A stretch of 63,996 nt of DNA, counting the filler, from Octopus bimaculoides (lineage: Eukaryota): assembly GCF_001194135.2 (NCBI RefSeq). It is 7 parts of 7 records of this genome, joined end to end, with 100 filler letters (N's around TTAATTAATTAA, not from the genome) between each part and the next. Parts side by side here need not be neighbours in the genome. Positions count along the whole stretch, not along the records: positions 35,258 to 44,090 come from NC_069009.1; positions 44,191 to 58,974 come from NC_068982.1; 5 more parts are not named here. One strand, given 5' to 3'. Position numbers and translations under genes: made by a program. The notes beneath the pieces were generated by a model. It did no database searches. It was not told the origin of the DNA and saw nothing but the letters and a program-made list of their open reading frames with translations. The first letter of the stretch is position 1; each line of letters starts with the position of its first letter. Positions 39,300 through 51,540 of the stretch are shown one piece after another.

Positions 39300-40075
39300 T
39301 CAATGGCCAATTTTATGAGGTTGGCTTTTGGTGAAAGAGAGAGTTCCACACTGCTGCCCTCTTTTGTGTCTCCTGCCTTGACATTGGTTCATCTGGGACC
39401 TTGGGTAGCAGGAGGTCAAGTTGTTTCTTGTAAACATCTACCCCTACTCTATGAAGATCCCTCAGATGTTTTGGCAAGACATTAAATAGCTATGGGCCCT
39501 TTAATCCCAAGCTATTGCAGTGCATGGTCCTCACTCAAGATGGGATAGCTGGGATCTTTGGAATAGTGCAGCGACGTCCAGTTCGGGGGCTGGTATAGCT
39601 CTCAATACCAAAGTTTGATGCCAGCCCCTCCAGTATCTTCCACACATACATCATTGCATACCTCTCTCATCTTCACTCCAGGCAGTAGAGTCATAGCTCT
39701 TCCAGTCTCTCCCAGTAGCTCAGCCATTCCATCGATGCAGTTTTCCTAATGTAACACCATTGAACTGCCTCAAGTTCTGCTACTAATTTGACACTGTGGG
39801 GTGACCACAGTTGAGAGCAGCAGTGTAGAGGCTGAATACAAATGTTCTCCATAAGGCCAGCATTGTTTCCCAGTCCTTTGTTCTGAAGGTTCTCGGAACC
39901 CAGCCAGCCAGCCAGCCATCTGCCTGCACACTGCCAACACCTTGGTGATATGCATATGAAACAAAGCATTGTTGCTCATATCAATCACCAGATCATGCAC
40001 TGTGCGTGACTCTGGGACTGCCACTCTGTTTGATGCGAAGTATTGTTGTTGCTGGCTTCTGAGCACCAATTAGCT
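39300..40075 (-). mobile_element. CR1/L2-group LINE 3' fragment in COPS4 intron 4
   Basis: CSQLWSP...ELEAVQ...LSYWERLEEL, then NSLGLKGP.LFNVLPKHLRDL...KKQLD.LL.KVPDEP; typical post-RT tail. Confidence 0.8.
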
Positions 40076-40403
40076 GGTAGCAGATACAATGGGCTTTTTC
40101 AGTTTCCATCTACCAAATCCACTCTTTGGTCAGCCCAAGGTTATAAATAGAAAACACTTGCCCAATGTGCCACGCAGTGGGACTGAACTCGGAACCATGT
40201 AGTTGGGAGGCAAACTTCTTAACCACACACCCACAAATTCATTAAAATATTTCGTGTAATGTAAAAATAAAACCAATTTACTGCACACAAATTTTAACAA
40301 AATTTTATTATGGACCCCTGCAAAGGCCACATAGACCCTTGTTGAAATGGATCAGAAATGACCAGGGGTTAAACAACAACAAAAACAACAAGAGGTCACT
40401 TAC

Positions 40404-40507
40404 TTCTGTCCGGTTTCCAGTGGTATCCCAACTAAGACCTGGGCAGCTTCAGCCCATATCTTCTCTCTCTCGTAGATGTTGGCCAAGTGTTGTCTGATCG
40501 AAGCAAC
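40404..40507 (-). CDS. COPS4: COP9 signalosome subunit 4, coding exon 4 (104 nt)
   Basis: tctttctag|GTT GCT TCG ATC AGA...GGA CAG AA|gtaagt. Translates [35 protein letters not shown]. Confidence 0.97.
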
Positions 40508-41296
40508 CTAGAAAGACGACAACAGCAACGGCTACAGTAAATACAGGACAATCACGACAACAAAAAGAACAACAGCAACAATTTCTACAACTAAAGAAGC
40601 CAGTCTTTCCATATTGTGTTGTCCTTTACCTGTGTCAGTCACAGGACTGCAGCCATGCTGGGGCACTGCCTTGAAGAGTGTTAGTCAAACAAATCAACCC
40701 CAGTACTTATTTCAGTAACCTTTTAGCATATGGATTACAGTGTCAAAAAGCTTGGTTTCCAACCACATGGATCTAGGTTCAGTCCCACTGTGTGGTACCT
40801 TGGGCAAGTGTCACATTTAATTGAATGAAAGTCAGTGTATTTCAACAGGAATATGGTAGCAAAAGGGTTAACTCTTTTGATAGCAACCTGCCCAAGACCA
40901 CCCTTGGTTCTATGATACAAACTTCATATTTTAAAGTAATCTAAATTAGAAGCCTTCCATCAAAATTTCATGCTGATTTGTTCCAAACTTCAGATTAATA
41001 ATGAGTTGTATCACTAAATTCTTCATTGCTTTAAAGATTAATTTAAAACAAAGTGTATTTCCACAGAAATATGGTAACAAAAGGGTTGAAGTGATCTAAA
41101 TTAAAACCTTCCATCAAAATTTCATGTTAATCTATGTTCCAAACACCTGGTTTAATAACGATATAATTATTTCACGAAATTCATCATTTACAAAAACAAT
41201 TGAAATATTGTAGTAGAAAAAAAGAATTGGAAGAAGAATGAAAAATGAAAGGAGAAAGAGAGAGAGAGAAATAGAGATTTGTGGATGGCAACTTAC

Positions 41297-41448
41297 TTGT
41301 TCTTCAAAGGAAATAACCCTGGTATATACTCTCTCCAAGGTGAACTTAGCCACATCTTTAGCTGTTGGGTCAGGTAATTTGGTGAGGTGGTTACAAAAAT
41401 CTGTGAGAATCTGTCTAGAAATTACCAAACTGATGTTTTCGTTGACAA
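41297..41448 (-). CDS. COPS4: COP9 signalosome subunit 4, coding exon 3 (152 nt)
   Basis: tatttcag|TT GTC AAC GAA AAC...GAA GAA CAA|gtaag. Translates (L)[50 protein letters not shown]. Confidence 0.97.
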
Positions 41449-42062
41449 CTGAAATAATATGTGAAGGACAGAAACATCTGGCTTAGTGTGTAGAACAATG
41501 TATTTTGAGGTGGTGGATTTTGGCAGGAGATTCACACACCAAAGACTGCACCAAACTACACTACATGCTAGACTACACCAAATATATACTACATACTAGA
41601 CTACATTACATTCCACAACACTGTACCACACACTATGTACTAAACTACACCACATTTCATAACATTGCATCATGCTACACACTACATACAAGGCTACATC
41701 ACACCACACTGTACAACACTACATCACACATCCATCACCAATTCCTCATACCATTACAACCATTCTCCAACACCACCATCACAACACTGCACCACCACTC
41801 CCTAATACCACCACCTTTCTTCAACACCAACACCAACATTACAATAGTGCATCACCACTGCCCAACACCAACAGAACACTGTGCCACCACTGCCCAACAC
41901 CTACAGAACATTGTGCCACCACTGCCCAACACTGCATCATCACCACACATATCCAATACCACACTTCAATATACTATATCACTACACTCCATACAAGACA
42001 ACACCAAATTGCACGGTATTGCATTACACTACAGCACAGAGATAACAGAAACTTCTACTCAC

Positions 42063-42142
42063 GTGCATCCACAAAAGTATGTAATGAAGGTATTAGATCC
42101 TCTCCCTCTATCTTTATAATGGACTCCAGTATGGCCTTGTAC
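42063..42142 (-). CDS. COPS4: COP9 signalosome subunit 4, coding exon 2 (80 nt)
   Basis: Minus strand: ttctcag|G TAC AAG GCC ATA CTG GAG...GTG GAT GCA C|gtgagt. Translates YKAILESIIKIEGEDLIPSLHTFVDA, aligning to human [26 protein letters not shown] (recalled). Frame joins exon 3. Confidence 0.9.
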
Positions 42143-42293
42143 CTGAGAAGTGGAGACATTCAATACATTACAGAAACACATTTCGTAAGTGTAGAAAGAG
42201 GAGAGAGGGCAGACATTATGACAACATATAATATGGCTTCAAATCTTGGCACGGGCCAGAAATTTTAGGGAAACGGTTAAGACTGGTTCTTAT

Positions 42294-42630
42294 TTTATCA
42301 ACCCCACTGCCTGACTGGTACTCCTTTTATTGACTCCAGTGCTCGACTGATACTCCTCTTATCGACCCCAGTACTTGGCAAGTACTCCTTTTATTGGCCC
42401 CAGTACTTGGCAGATACTCCTCTTATCAACCCCAGTACTCGACAGGTACTCCTCGTATCGACTCCAGTACTCATCAGGTACTCCTCTTATCGACTCCAGT
42501 TCTCAGCAGGTACTCCTCTTATCGACTCCAGTACTCAGCAGGTACTCCTCTTACCGACTCCAGTACTCAGCAGGTACTCCTCTTATCGACTCCAGTACTC
42601 AGCAGGTACTCCTCTTATCGACTCCAGTAC
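42294..42630. repeat. 32-bp minisatellite (CCAGTACTCAGCAGGTACTCCTCTTATCGACT), about 10.5 copies
   Basis: Unit visible in tandem; explains the three overlapping repetitive ORFs in the track. Confidence 0.92.
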
Positions 42631-43089
42631 TGGGCTTAGTGCAGTTTCCATACACCAAAGATATTGGTTGGCCCAGGGTGGTAGTAAAAGACTGTTGCAC
42701 AGTGGGACTGAACCTGGAACCATTTGGTTGCAAAGCAAACCTTTTAGCCACTTAGTCATGGGCATGTAAACACACCAACACCAGTCATCAAGAGGTGGTG
42801 GACAACAAACAGACACAAAAGCACACACACACGAGAGGCTTCTTTCAGTTTCCATCTACCAAATCCACACACACAAGACTTTGGTTGGCTCAGGACTATC
42901 GTAGAAGACACTTGCCCAAGGTGCCACATAGTGGGACAGATGATGTAATTTATGTAGTTAATGGCTAAGTGGCTAAAAGGTTTGCTTTGCAACCAAATGG
43001 TTCCAGGTTCAGTCCCACTGTGCAACAGTCTTTTACTACCACCCTGGGCCAACCAATATCTTTGGTGTATGGAAACTGCACTAAGCCCA
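42631..43089. repeat. 129-bp inverted duplication (42631-42759 and 42961-43089)
   Basis: Arms are reverse complements at 128 of 129 positions. Confidence 0.95.
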
Positions 43090-43121
43090 TCATATGCATA
43101 AATGTGTATGTGAAAGTGTTT

Positions 43122-43312
43122 AAGACTTAAGAAATGCCTTGATGTTCAGAGATCAAATCCTGCCGAGGTCAACATTACCTTTTAACATTTTGAGGGTCAC
43201 CAAAATAATATAGCAGTCTGGTATATTATTTTGGTGACCCTCAAAATGTTAAAAGGTGATGTTGACGTCGGCAGGATTTGATCTCTGAACATCAAGGCAT
43301 TTCTTAAGTCTT
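43122..43312. repeat. 191-bp near-perfect palindrome centred on 43217
   Basis: 95-bp arms with 3 mismatches and a 1-nt centre. Confidence 0.95.
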
Positions 43313-43537
43313 TTATTGTTTCTAATAATAAATAAAAAAAACTGTTGCCATTTGCTGTGCATGGCACCCCCCACCCCGCACATCACAACACACACACACA
43401 CAGCAGAAATTGTTGAGGTGCAGCGATTGTGGCTGGTGATGGGTTTGAACTGGCGAAGTAGGAACATCTATTGTTAGATAGACAGAGACAGACAGGTAAA
43501 TAGGTAGATAGAAAGATAGATAGGTGGACAGACAGAC

Positions 43538-43589
<52 letters not shown>

Positions 43590-44090
43590 GGATGGATATG
43601 TTTCTTTATTGGCCACACAGGGCTCAACATAGAGGGACAAAATACAAATGTAGAGTTTTTCTTTTCGATGGGGACGAAAATAAAGTAAAAATTAAAATGG
43701 GGATAACGATGAAAAGACATCGAGATAGATGGATAGATAGACAGATAGATAGGTAGATGGATGGATGGTTAGATAGGTAGATAGATAGATAGTTAGTTAT
43801 ATTGCTAAGTTACAGGGACCTCAACACATCAACATCAGTTGTCAAGTGATGGTGGGGTGGGGGAAAACACAGACACAAACACACACACACACACACAGAT
43901 ATGCGCGAGCGCGCTTTTTTTTTTGTTTTTTGTTTTTTCCCAGCAAAGTTGTTTTACACGAATTTTTATTTCGTTTTTGAGCTCGGGTCAAACATTTCTA
44001 GTTTAGAGGCCATGGACTGACGATGTGTGACGATGTGAACGTTCTGAGTCCTCTCCCCACCCCACTCCCCTTCGCCAGCGCGTGCATTTT

Positions 44091-44190
44091 NNNNNNNNNN
44101 NNNNNNNNNNNNNNNNNNNNNNNNNNNNNNNNNNTTAATTAATTAANNNNNNNNNNNNNNNNNNNNNNNNNNNNNNNNNNNNNNNNNNNN
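44091..44190. other. Artificial assembly spacer
   Basis: Same layout; linker at 44135-44146. Confidence 0.97.
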
Positions 44191-44305
44191 TATATATATA
44201 TATATATATTTCCGTATACATACATGTATATGTATGAGTGTATGTGTGTTGGGAGATATACACATGTATATAGACAGACAGACATACAGACTGATAGATA
44301 GATAT

Positions 44306-44337
<32 letters not shown>

Positions 44338-47300
44338 CTGATCGCATAGAAAGATCTTGTTCGTCACCATTTTAGAAAAATCACAATGTATTGTTGAATT
44401 TGCGGAGATTACCGTAGATAAAACTATAGAACAAGAGGCGCAACTCTTGAATGACTTCTCTTCGATGGTTATCTCCGTTGAATTTGAGTTTTGGGCAAAC
44501 AGTCATTTTGGGTGGTAGACTTGGTGATGGTAGATTTGTTGATGGTAGACGCCACTCAGAGGGAAAAAAAATTAAAAAACACGGTGCAATCCCTACCCAA
44601 AATGATACGAACATTGACAAAGGCGGAATAAGTATCTCCCAGATAAGTGGAACGCCATTGGCTAAGTCAGAAAAGACAGAGGATGGAGTACCAAATGTGA
44701 ACTCTGTATCACTGAAAATCTAAATATAATACTGTCAACAGACATCATCTTCAATATTAGGGATTAAATCTTCTCTCCCAGCAATGACAAGTAATATTTC
44801 ACAGTTAAACACTGCAAAGTAAAAATACTGAAACAAGCAAAAAAGGATTTGCGTCTATAAACTATTCTTTTATAAGAAATAAGATTTCAAACTAGGTAGT
44901 CTTTTATGCGTATATGTATGTTCATGGGTATCCATACCTGCTTGTATGCTGTATGTTTATTTATTTTTGAATATGTACATGCGTTAGTCAAGCATATACA
45001 TACATGTACACACATGCACACACACGATGGTGATGCAGATAGGTAAAATAGAACGCAAGATATGACTTTATATTTTTATATATATAGCAGAAGTAACAGA
45101 ATGTCTCAAGGAATGTATCTAATTATGTATGTATGAATGTCTGTATGCATGTAAGTATGTATGTATTTATCTGTGTAAGTACACATGTACAGACATATAT
45201 GTCTTTGTGTTGTGTTTCACTGTTGCATACAGAGCTTCATGAATTTTTTATACGCTTTACATTACTTTTTCCTGCTTGTATATGCAATTTTCCGATTAAG
45301 AGTATTCTTTCTCGTTTTATGAATTCTTGTTTCTCAAGATTAATTAGTCACGTTGCCAAACGCTCCCATAGTTACTGGTAGAAATCTAAGTGAGTAGTCT
45401 GGCTGGAGTACCTGTAGATATCTCGTCAGCTAGATACATATACATATATGCGTGCATGATTGTATTATAACTACATGTGCGTCTGGATATATTCTGTTCC
45501 ATGTTCTGTAATGTAACGCGATGCAAAGTGTATATTATGAACATAACGTCTGTGTTATGTAGTGCATTCATGATTTTAGATTCATTCGAATGTCTGGTGA
45601 CCTTCGATGCAACGTTTCCTAGTAAACGCATACAGACGCACACACTCCGATTTTCTTTCTGTCTGTCTGTCTCTGTCTCTGTCTCTGTCTCTCTCTTAAA
45701 CTTACGCACAAGTACACACACACACAGACACACAAGCAGGCACGTGCGCACACGCGCATACACAACATACACCAACACCTCTAGCTGCCTTCCGTGCAAC
45801 ACAATGCAAAGTCTTTAGTAATATTCCTTTGCATGTGCGAGTGTTGCTTCTACATCTGAGTTTTCAGTGTCAACGTGTTTAATAGTGACAGAAAGGACAT
45901 TATTACTTCGTATGAATTTAATCTTATTGCACTACTTAAACATAAAAATCATGCGGTTTTTGTGAAAATTCAGTAAAAGAAGAATAGAATCCGGGGGAAA
46001 ATTGTAACAATTTTATACAAATACGTCGTTCTTTTATGTTAAACGATGTTTTTTATGTTCGTTTTTTTTTTCTGCTAAACAGACATTTAGAAATATTCCT
46101 TTCGTTGTTGTTCCCTTGTAATCATGTTACCCAGTATGCCCTGCAGTTTCTGCACGTTGTTGTGACATCCGAGTCTAATATTTGTGAACATTACTGGCGA
46201 GGGGTTGTGGTGCATACATAGGCAATACTTCTGATCATTGGATAAAGTTTATCCACAAATTCATTGAATTTAGTTGTGTAGCACTACATTAGGGTAACAT
46301 AAAATGAGTTCATGTACTATATCTGAAAAATTGATAATGCATACGAAAGAAAATAAAAGTAAACCATACTAGCTAGCTTATATGGAGATGAATAAACTGG
46401 AAGTCAATTTGCTTACTGGGCAATTCTGGTCACCATAAAGCATTGGTAGCGATGAACAATAATATAGAGGAAAGATAGTGGAAGCCTATAAAAGGAACAG
46501 AAGTTCTTATCATGAAATACTAAAGAAAAAAAAGCACGAATATTATTGGTTGAATTTGAAATTTCGACAGTTAAATAGCTGCAGGGTAGTAAAAAATATA
46601 GAGCTTTGAATGAAAAGGGAATAAGGCAGATTCTGAGATTACAGATTCGTTTCTGTTGGAGTAGATGAAAGATGAAAGCTATTATTGAAATTTACTATTA
46701 TGTGTTCAGATTCTTCAGTGCAAACTTAAGACATAATAGATAGTTTTGAACAGATATCAATAGAACAGCAATTTCATGTGAGATCAAAGTATTTCTTTTA
46801 CTGTGCATACAATAGCAGAGTGAAACATAAGAAACATGCTTGGATGTTCAGTGTAAACCGGAGAAAAAATAGATGAGAGTTATATTCCAGTAAACTTCTC
46901 GCCTTTAAATCTAATGGCTGGAATCTGAAGAATATATAGAGCTTATCAATGCACAAGACAAAATTGAGAATAATTTGGTACCGATTGTCTTCTGTTATAA
47001 AATATAGAGCATGTAAATATTCCGTTTCTATATCTCATTAGTTGCTGGGTACGAGTAACACGTCTACGTGGCAGTGCAAGTTGGCAAATAGTATAAGGGT
47101 TTCTATTTCGGCTTCTCAGAAAATTTCTGCAGCTTACAGACGTCGTCAGATATTATTTATTTGCTGAGGCTAACTGCTCTTGGTATATGATTTATGTAAT
47201 TTATGAAGCGAAATGTGCTCATCAAAAATATAGGTTACCAAAAATGCCATTTTCTAGATCTGAGAGGATTTCATGGATTACATCATGTTAGATTCTGTTT

Positions 47301-48529
47301 TTTTTTTTTCGAAAATAATCCAGTGTCTTAACAATACAATGTTTTGTGGGATCATGTTAGAACACTTACTGACACCGATGTATATGAGATCTTTTTTGAC
47401 CCAACAAGTAAAACTTCTGAAATGTTGACAAAGTGATTTAGAAGCTGCATCTGATATAGAAGCTGCATCTATTGGATGTAAAGTATGACCACTGGAATTT
47501 AGCTGATTGTTGCTCTCAGAATGTCAGCTATCCTTGATGTCAATACAATTTCAAGAATCTGAACAATAAATGAGATCTGACGATAGTTTAGAGCCAGCAA
47601 CTAATTTCCATTTTTGATTTAGGATGACAGTTGGGAACAGAAAATATTGGGATATATTGCCTATATTTTGCATTCTTCTTTTAGAAATACAACCTGAAAA
47701 TGGGTGGCAGCAATACTTCAGAGCAGAAGAAGACAAAAAAATTGTGTTTAATTTTACTTATTCTCGCATTGTTCGATGTGTTTGTGTCATGCCATCGATG
47801 AAGCATTGAAGATTAACGGCATTGATAGAGCCCAATGAAATTTCAGTGAAAATGCCAAAAAAGGGTAATCTGTCATTTTTGTAGACTAACCGCCGTACTT
47901 GTGAGTCATTGCAGAGAATGTTGCTTTTACTATTTCTGAACAAACTAGGTGTAACGTTGACTTTGTATTTATTAGTAAACGATATTTTAGCTGGCATACC
48001 GTTTTAAAGTTTGTTTTTCGATTCCGACTTTGTTGCTGTCGTTTGCAAGAATGTGCGTAGAAACGTATATTCGTTGATGGCAATGTCTGCATATAGAGTG
48101 ATGTGATTCTTCACGCATGTTTTGCAAAACGAACAATCTTTTATGTGGCACAGCATATATAATCAAGACTGATTTAGCTTCACGTGATTAGGAGCGGCAC
48201 TTTATATAGAATTACACCTATTACTAGTTGGTAGATAACACATTTAAACCGGTTGCCGAGACAATTTAGTGTGCCTGAATGTACATTACCCTGCCACTAC
48301 AAAATGCATTCCACACATTTTATGAGAGGTCCTTTAAAATATCCATCTGTATACGACAGTTTTTACGACTACTACGACTACTACTACTACGACTACTACT
48401 ACTACGACTACTACTACTGCTACAACTACTTCTAGTACTACTACTACTCGTAGTAGTAGCAGCAGTGGAGGTGATGGTGGTGGTGGTGGTGGTAGTAGTA
48501 GTAGTAGTAGCAGCAGCAGCAGCAGTAAC

Positions 48530-48597
<68 letters not shown>

Positions 48598-49849
48598 CAG
48601 TAAAATAACTATTATAATTAGGATCACCATGATTATCTCTTTCGAATGGCTTTCTGATACTACATTATTCAATACTTCCTTTCGTCTACAAAAACAGAGA
48701 ATGTGAAATGAGTAAGATCTATTTCAAAAGAAAGGGGTGCCATGTAGTGATAGCTCGTTGCTGTTCATTGTTATTAAAGACAAAAGATGTTAGAATCATT
48801 CGCGTGCTGGACAGAATACCTTGCAGTGTTCAAGCATGTCCCTTTAGTTAAATGCAACATTAATCATCCTGAACTTGATAAAATCTCTACTAATCATATC
48901 CTGAAGTCGATTTAAAGAAATTTTCCATTCTTCGTGCTTTGATAGAAATAATAATTATTGTCACGTCATTTGTTTGTGTATTAAAACAGCTTCGTTTGCC
49001 GATTTGTTACATTGGTTCTGATATTACTGTATTGTTTCATGGGTTAGCTCTGTAGAATATATGCCATATGACTTATAGCATTTTGTTCAGTAGCGATCGT
49101 GTATGATATAAATTTGTTTGAGCTGTTATTAATATGGAGGAAATGTTAAAGTATTGTGTATGAATTATACAAGAGTATATGCATTGTTATATTTTATTTG
49201 AGTGGAGATTGGATACGTGAAGTAGACACCGTAGATTCATTGCCACACGCAGGAACTTCAAAAGCCACAAAGAGGTATTGCAAGCTCTCCTACGGTATCC
49301 ATCATCAGATCGAAATTACTTCCGTATTATCAGCATATTTGAGTGTCACAAGCGTTTCTCCCCTTGGTCTGTACGCTTCGTCCATGTGGGGCAACAAATA
49401 ATGAATATCTTCACCTGGTTAAGGATTCCAACTGCAGCCTTTTTTCTTTAGCTTCAGCCACCTTCAATTGATTTAATCTTCCATGCCTATATCCTTGATG
49501 ACTTTCTTTAGTTGTCATGGTTAAAAGCCTCATTAATTGAGCTGTTATTAATATGGAGGTAATCATATGTGTTACTTTGAGTTGTGGAAATAAGATGTTA
49601 AGCTTCTGCTATAGAACATTGGTAGCATCTAGAAGCGGTATATCTTTTGTTTATAACCACTGTTATTGTATTTGGCACTCAAAGATTGATACCATTTATA
49701 TTTTCATACCGACTATACTCATTATTATCATCTTCAAGATACTTGAAATATGTGAGCTCATTGACTTTCTTGTGGATGATATTTATTTCAAGGTTTGAAA
49801 TGACTATCATAACATAAATACCACGGCCATGTCGTTGTATGTAGTCATC

Positions 49850-49921
49850 GAACTTGTTATACGCCTGCATAATGAACTTGTTATACGCCTGCATAATGAA
49901 CTTGTTATACGCCTGCATAAT
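49850..49921. repeat. 24-bp exact tandem triplication (GAACTTGTTATACGCCTGCATAAT)
   Basis: Three identical adjacent units, no spacers. Confidence 0.95.
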
Positions 49922-50817
49922 GACCAACATATATAGGTAGCTATATTACAGGGGTTGTTAAGGCAACGAGAAAATGTTTAGCGGTTTTACGCCAGTCTAC
50001 ACGTTTTGAGTTCAAAATCCGTCGAGGCCGGCCGGCCTTGCCTTTTATCCTTTCAAGTTGAACGCTGCGGACGATGTAACAGACTTTCCTCTCCCCCGAA
50101 ATTTGCTGGCCTTGTACCAAAATTTGAAACTAATATTACAATGGCTGTTGTAAAATTATGTCGTGAATTATGAAAGCACTGGTGAGCCATATCGATATGA
50201 TCATTTGCATAATTGCACTAATTACATTGTCTGCAAATAGTACCGTTTTGATTCATTAGACAACAATCACTTAAGGCCTAGAATTTTTGAATGATTGACA
50301 GATCAGCCTCCGTCGAAGTTTCACAGATTGCACCATTATATGACTAGAAACAGCATTAGGTTCAAAGGTGCTTATGCGATTTAATATAACAAATTGAAGA
50401 TAGCATAAGAGTAACGGGATTTAGTTACAGAACTGAAACCAAAAAAAAATTAAACTGCTGTTCAACTAAGTGCAAATAGTTCCTGCTCTCATCGCACAAT
50501 TTGTAATTGCCCGAAAATAATCCATCAACAGATTAACTGACATTAACATGTTTAAGGAAGATTTTCTACCGTTCATAAAAAGAATGGCAGAAAATGATTC
50601 ATTGTTAGTCCCGTTAGAATCCATTTAAATACCTATGAATTGAAGTGTCATCTGATTAAATGACAAGTGATTAATCCATTAAACATATATAGGGTAGAAA
50701 TGTACAGTGCCTGACAAAAATAATAATTGAATTAATAACAACAACAAAAACAACAACAGCAACAATAATGATAATGACAATAGTAATAGATGATAATAAT
50801 AGATGATGATGATAATG

Positions 50818-50892
<75 letters not shown>

Positions 50893-50959
50893 GATGATGA
50901 TGATCATGGTAATAATAGTAATTCAAAATTGCTTATGAATCAGATAAGACTGATTTCGA

Positions 50960-51540
50960 ATAGAGGCTTTCTTAATGTATAAAGATTTGTTGGATGATGA
51001 GTTTTGTTTGAGGTTTATGCCTTGTGTCATTCGTGCATAGATTTTGGGAGAGGTTTTATCAGAGAATTATTGCCATCGAACCAACCTTTACGCTTCCGTT
51101 TGACAAATCCTAGAACATGGTTTGATGATGTAACGAAGATTACGCCACAAAACCTCAGGACCATTGTTAATATTTAGGCTTTTTGAAGCTAATATTTCAT
51201 TAATGTAAAAGGATTGGAGATTGGAATTCCACTATAATATATTATGCTTCAGAAAGTTTGGAATTGCAGCAGAATTTTTGAACACAGTATGCTGTCGAAA
51301 ACCTTTTCGCTAATAATACAGAACTGATAGTTCTGTGCTTGTTGTGACAGTTCTCAAGGACCACGCGATTACTTAGGAGTTGATCTTTGCATCCATATGA
51401 GCTTCGACGGCGCCCGTTTTCTTGAATGTGGAAATAGTGTTCTGTTCCATGAATGCATTTGTTTTTTCCGCTAGAAAAATGTTAAGATTTTATAAGTCGT
51501 AGATAAACAGGTTGTGGGCTGATAGTTTCTTTTTAACATT
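50960..51540 (-). mobile_element. Old RTE-like LINE fragment
   Basis: Minus-strand RKRKGWFDGNNSLIKPL resembles the recalled RTE linker motif RKHQDWFDEN..I..L; the rest is heavily decayed and the boundaries are approximate. Confidence 0.45.

Noticed and set aside
41505-42268. ORFs of about 200 aa rich in His/Thr
   Set aside because: Degenerate CAC/TAC low-complexity repeat, antisense to COPS4 intron 2 and exon 2.
44340-44723. Candidate COPS4 exon 1 (ATG at 44370 on minus) and nearby ORFs
   Set aside because: MVTNKIFLCDQL does not resemble the CSN4 N-terminus, runs into a microsatellite without a splice donor, and lies beyond an artificial spacer.
46121-46290. Possible minus-strand exon (CYTTKFNEFVDKLYPMIRSIAYVC)
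   Set aside because: In-frame stop before any donor and no recognised homology.
49850-49921. Possible CRISPR-like repeats (also the 32-bp array at 42294-42630)
   Set aside because: Units are directly adjacent with no unique spacers, no cas genes are present, and the context is eukaryotic.
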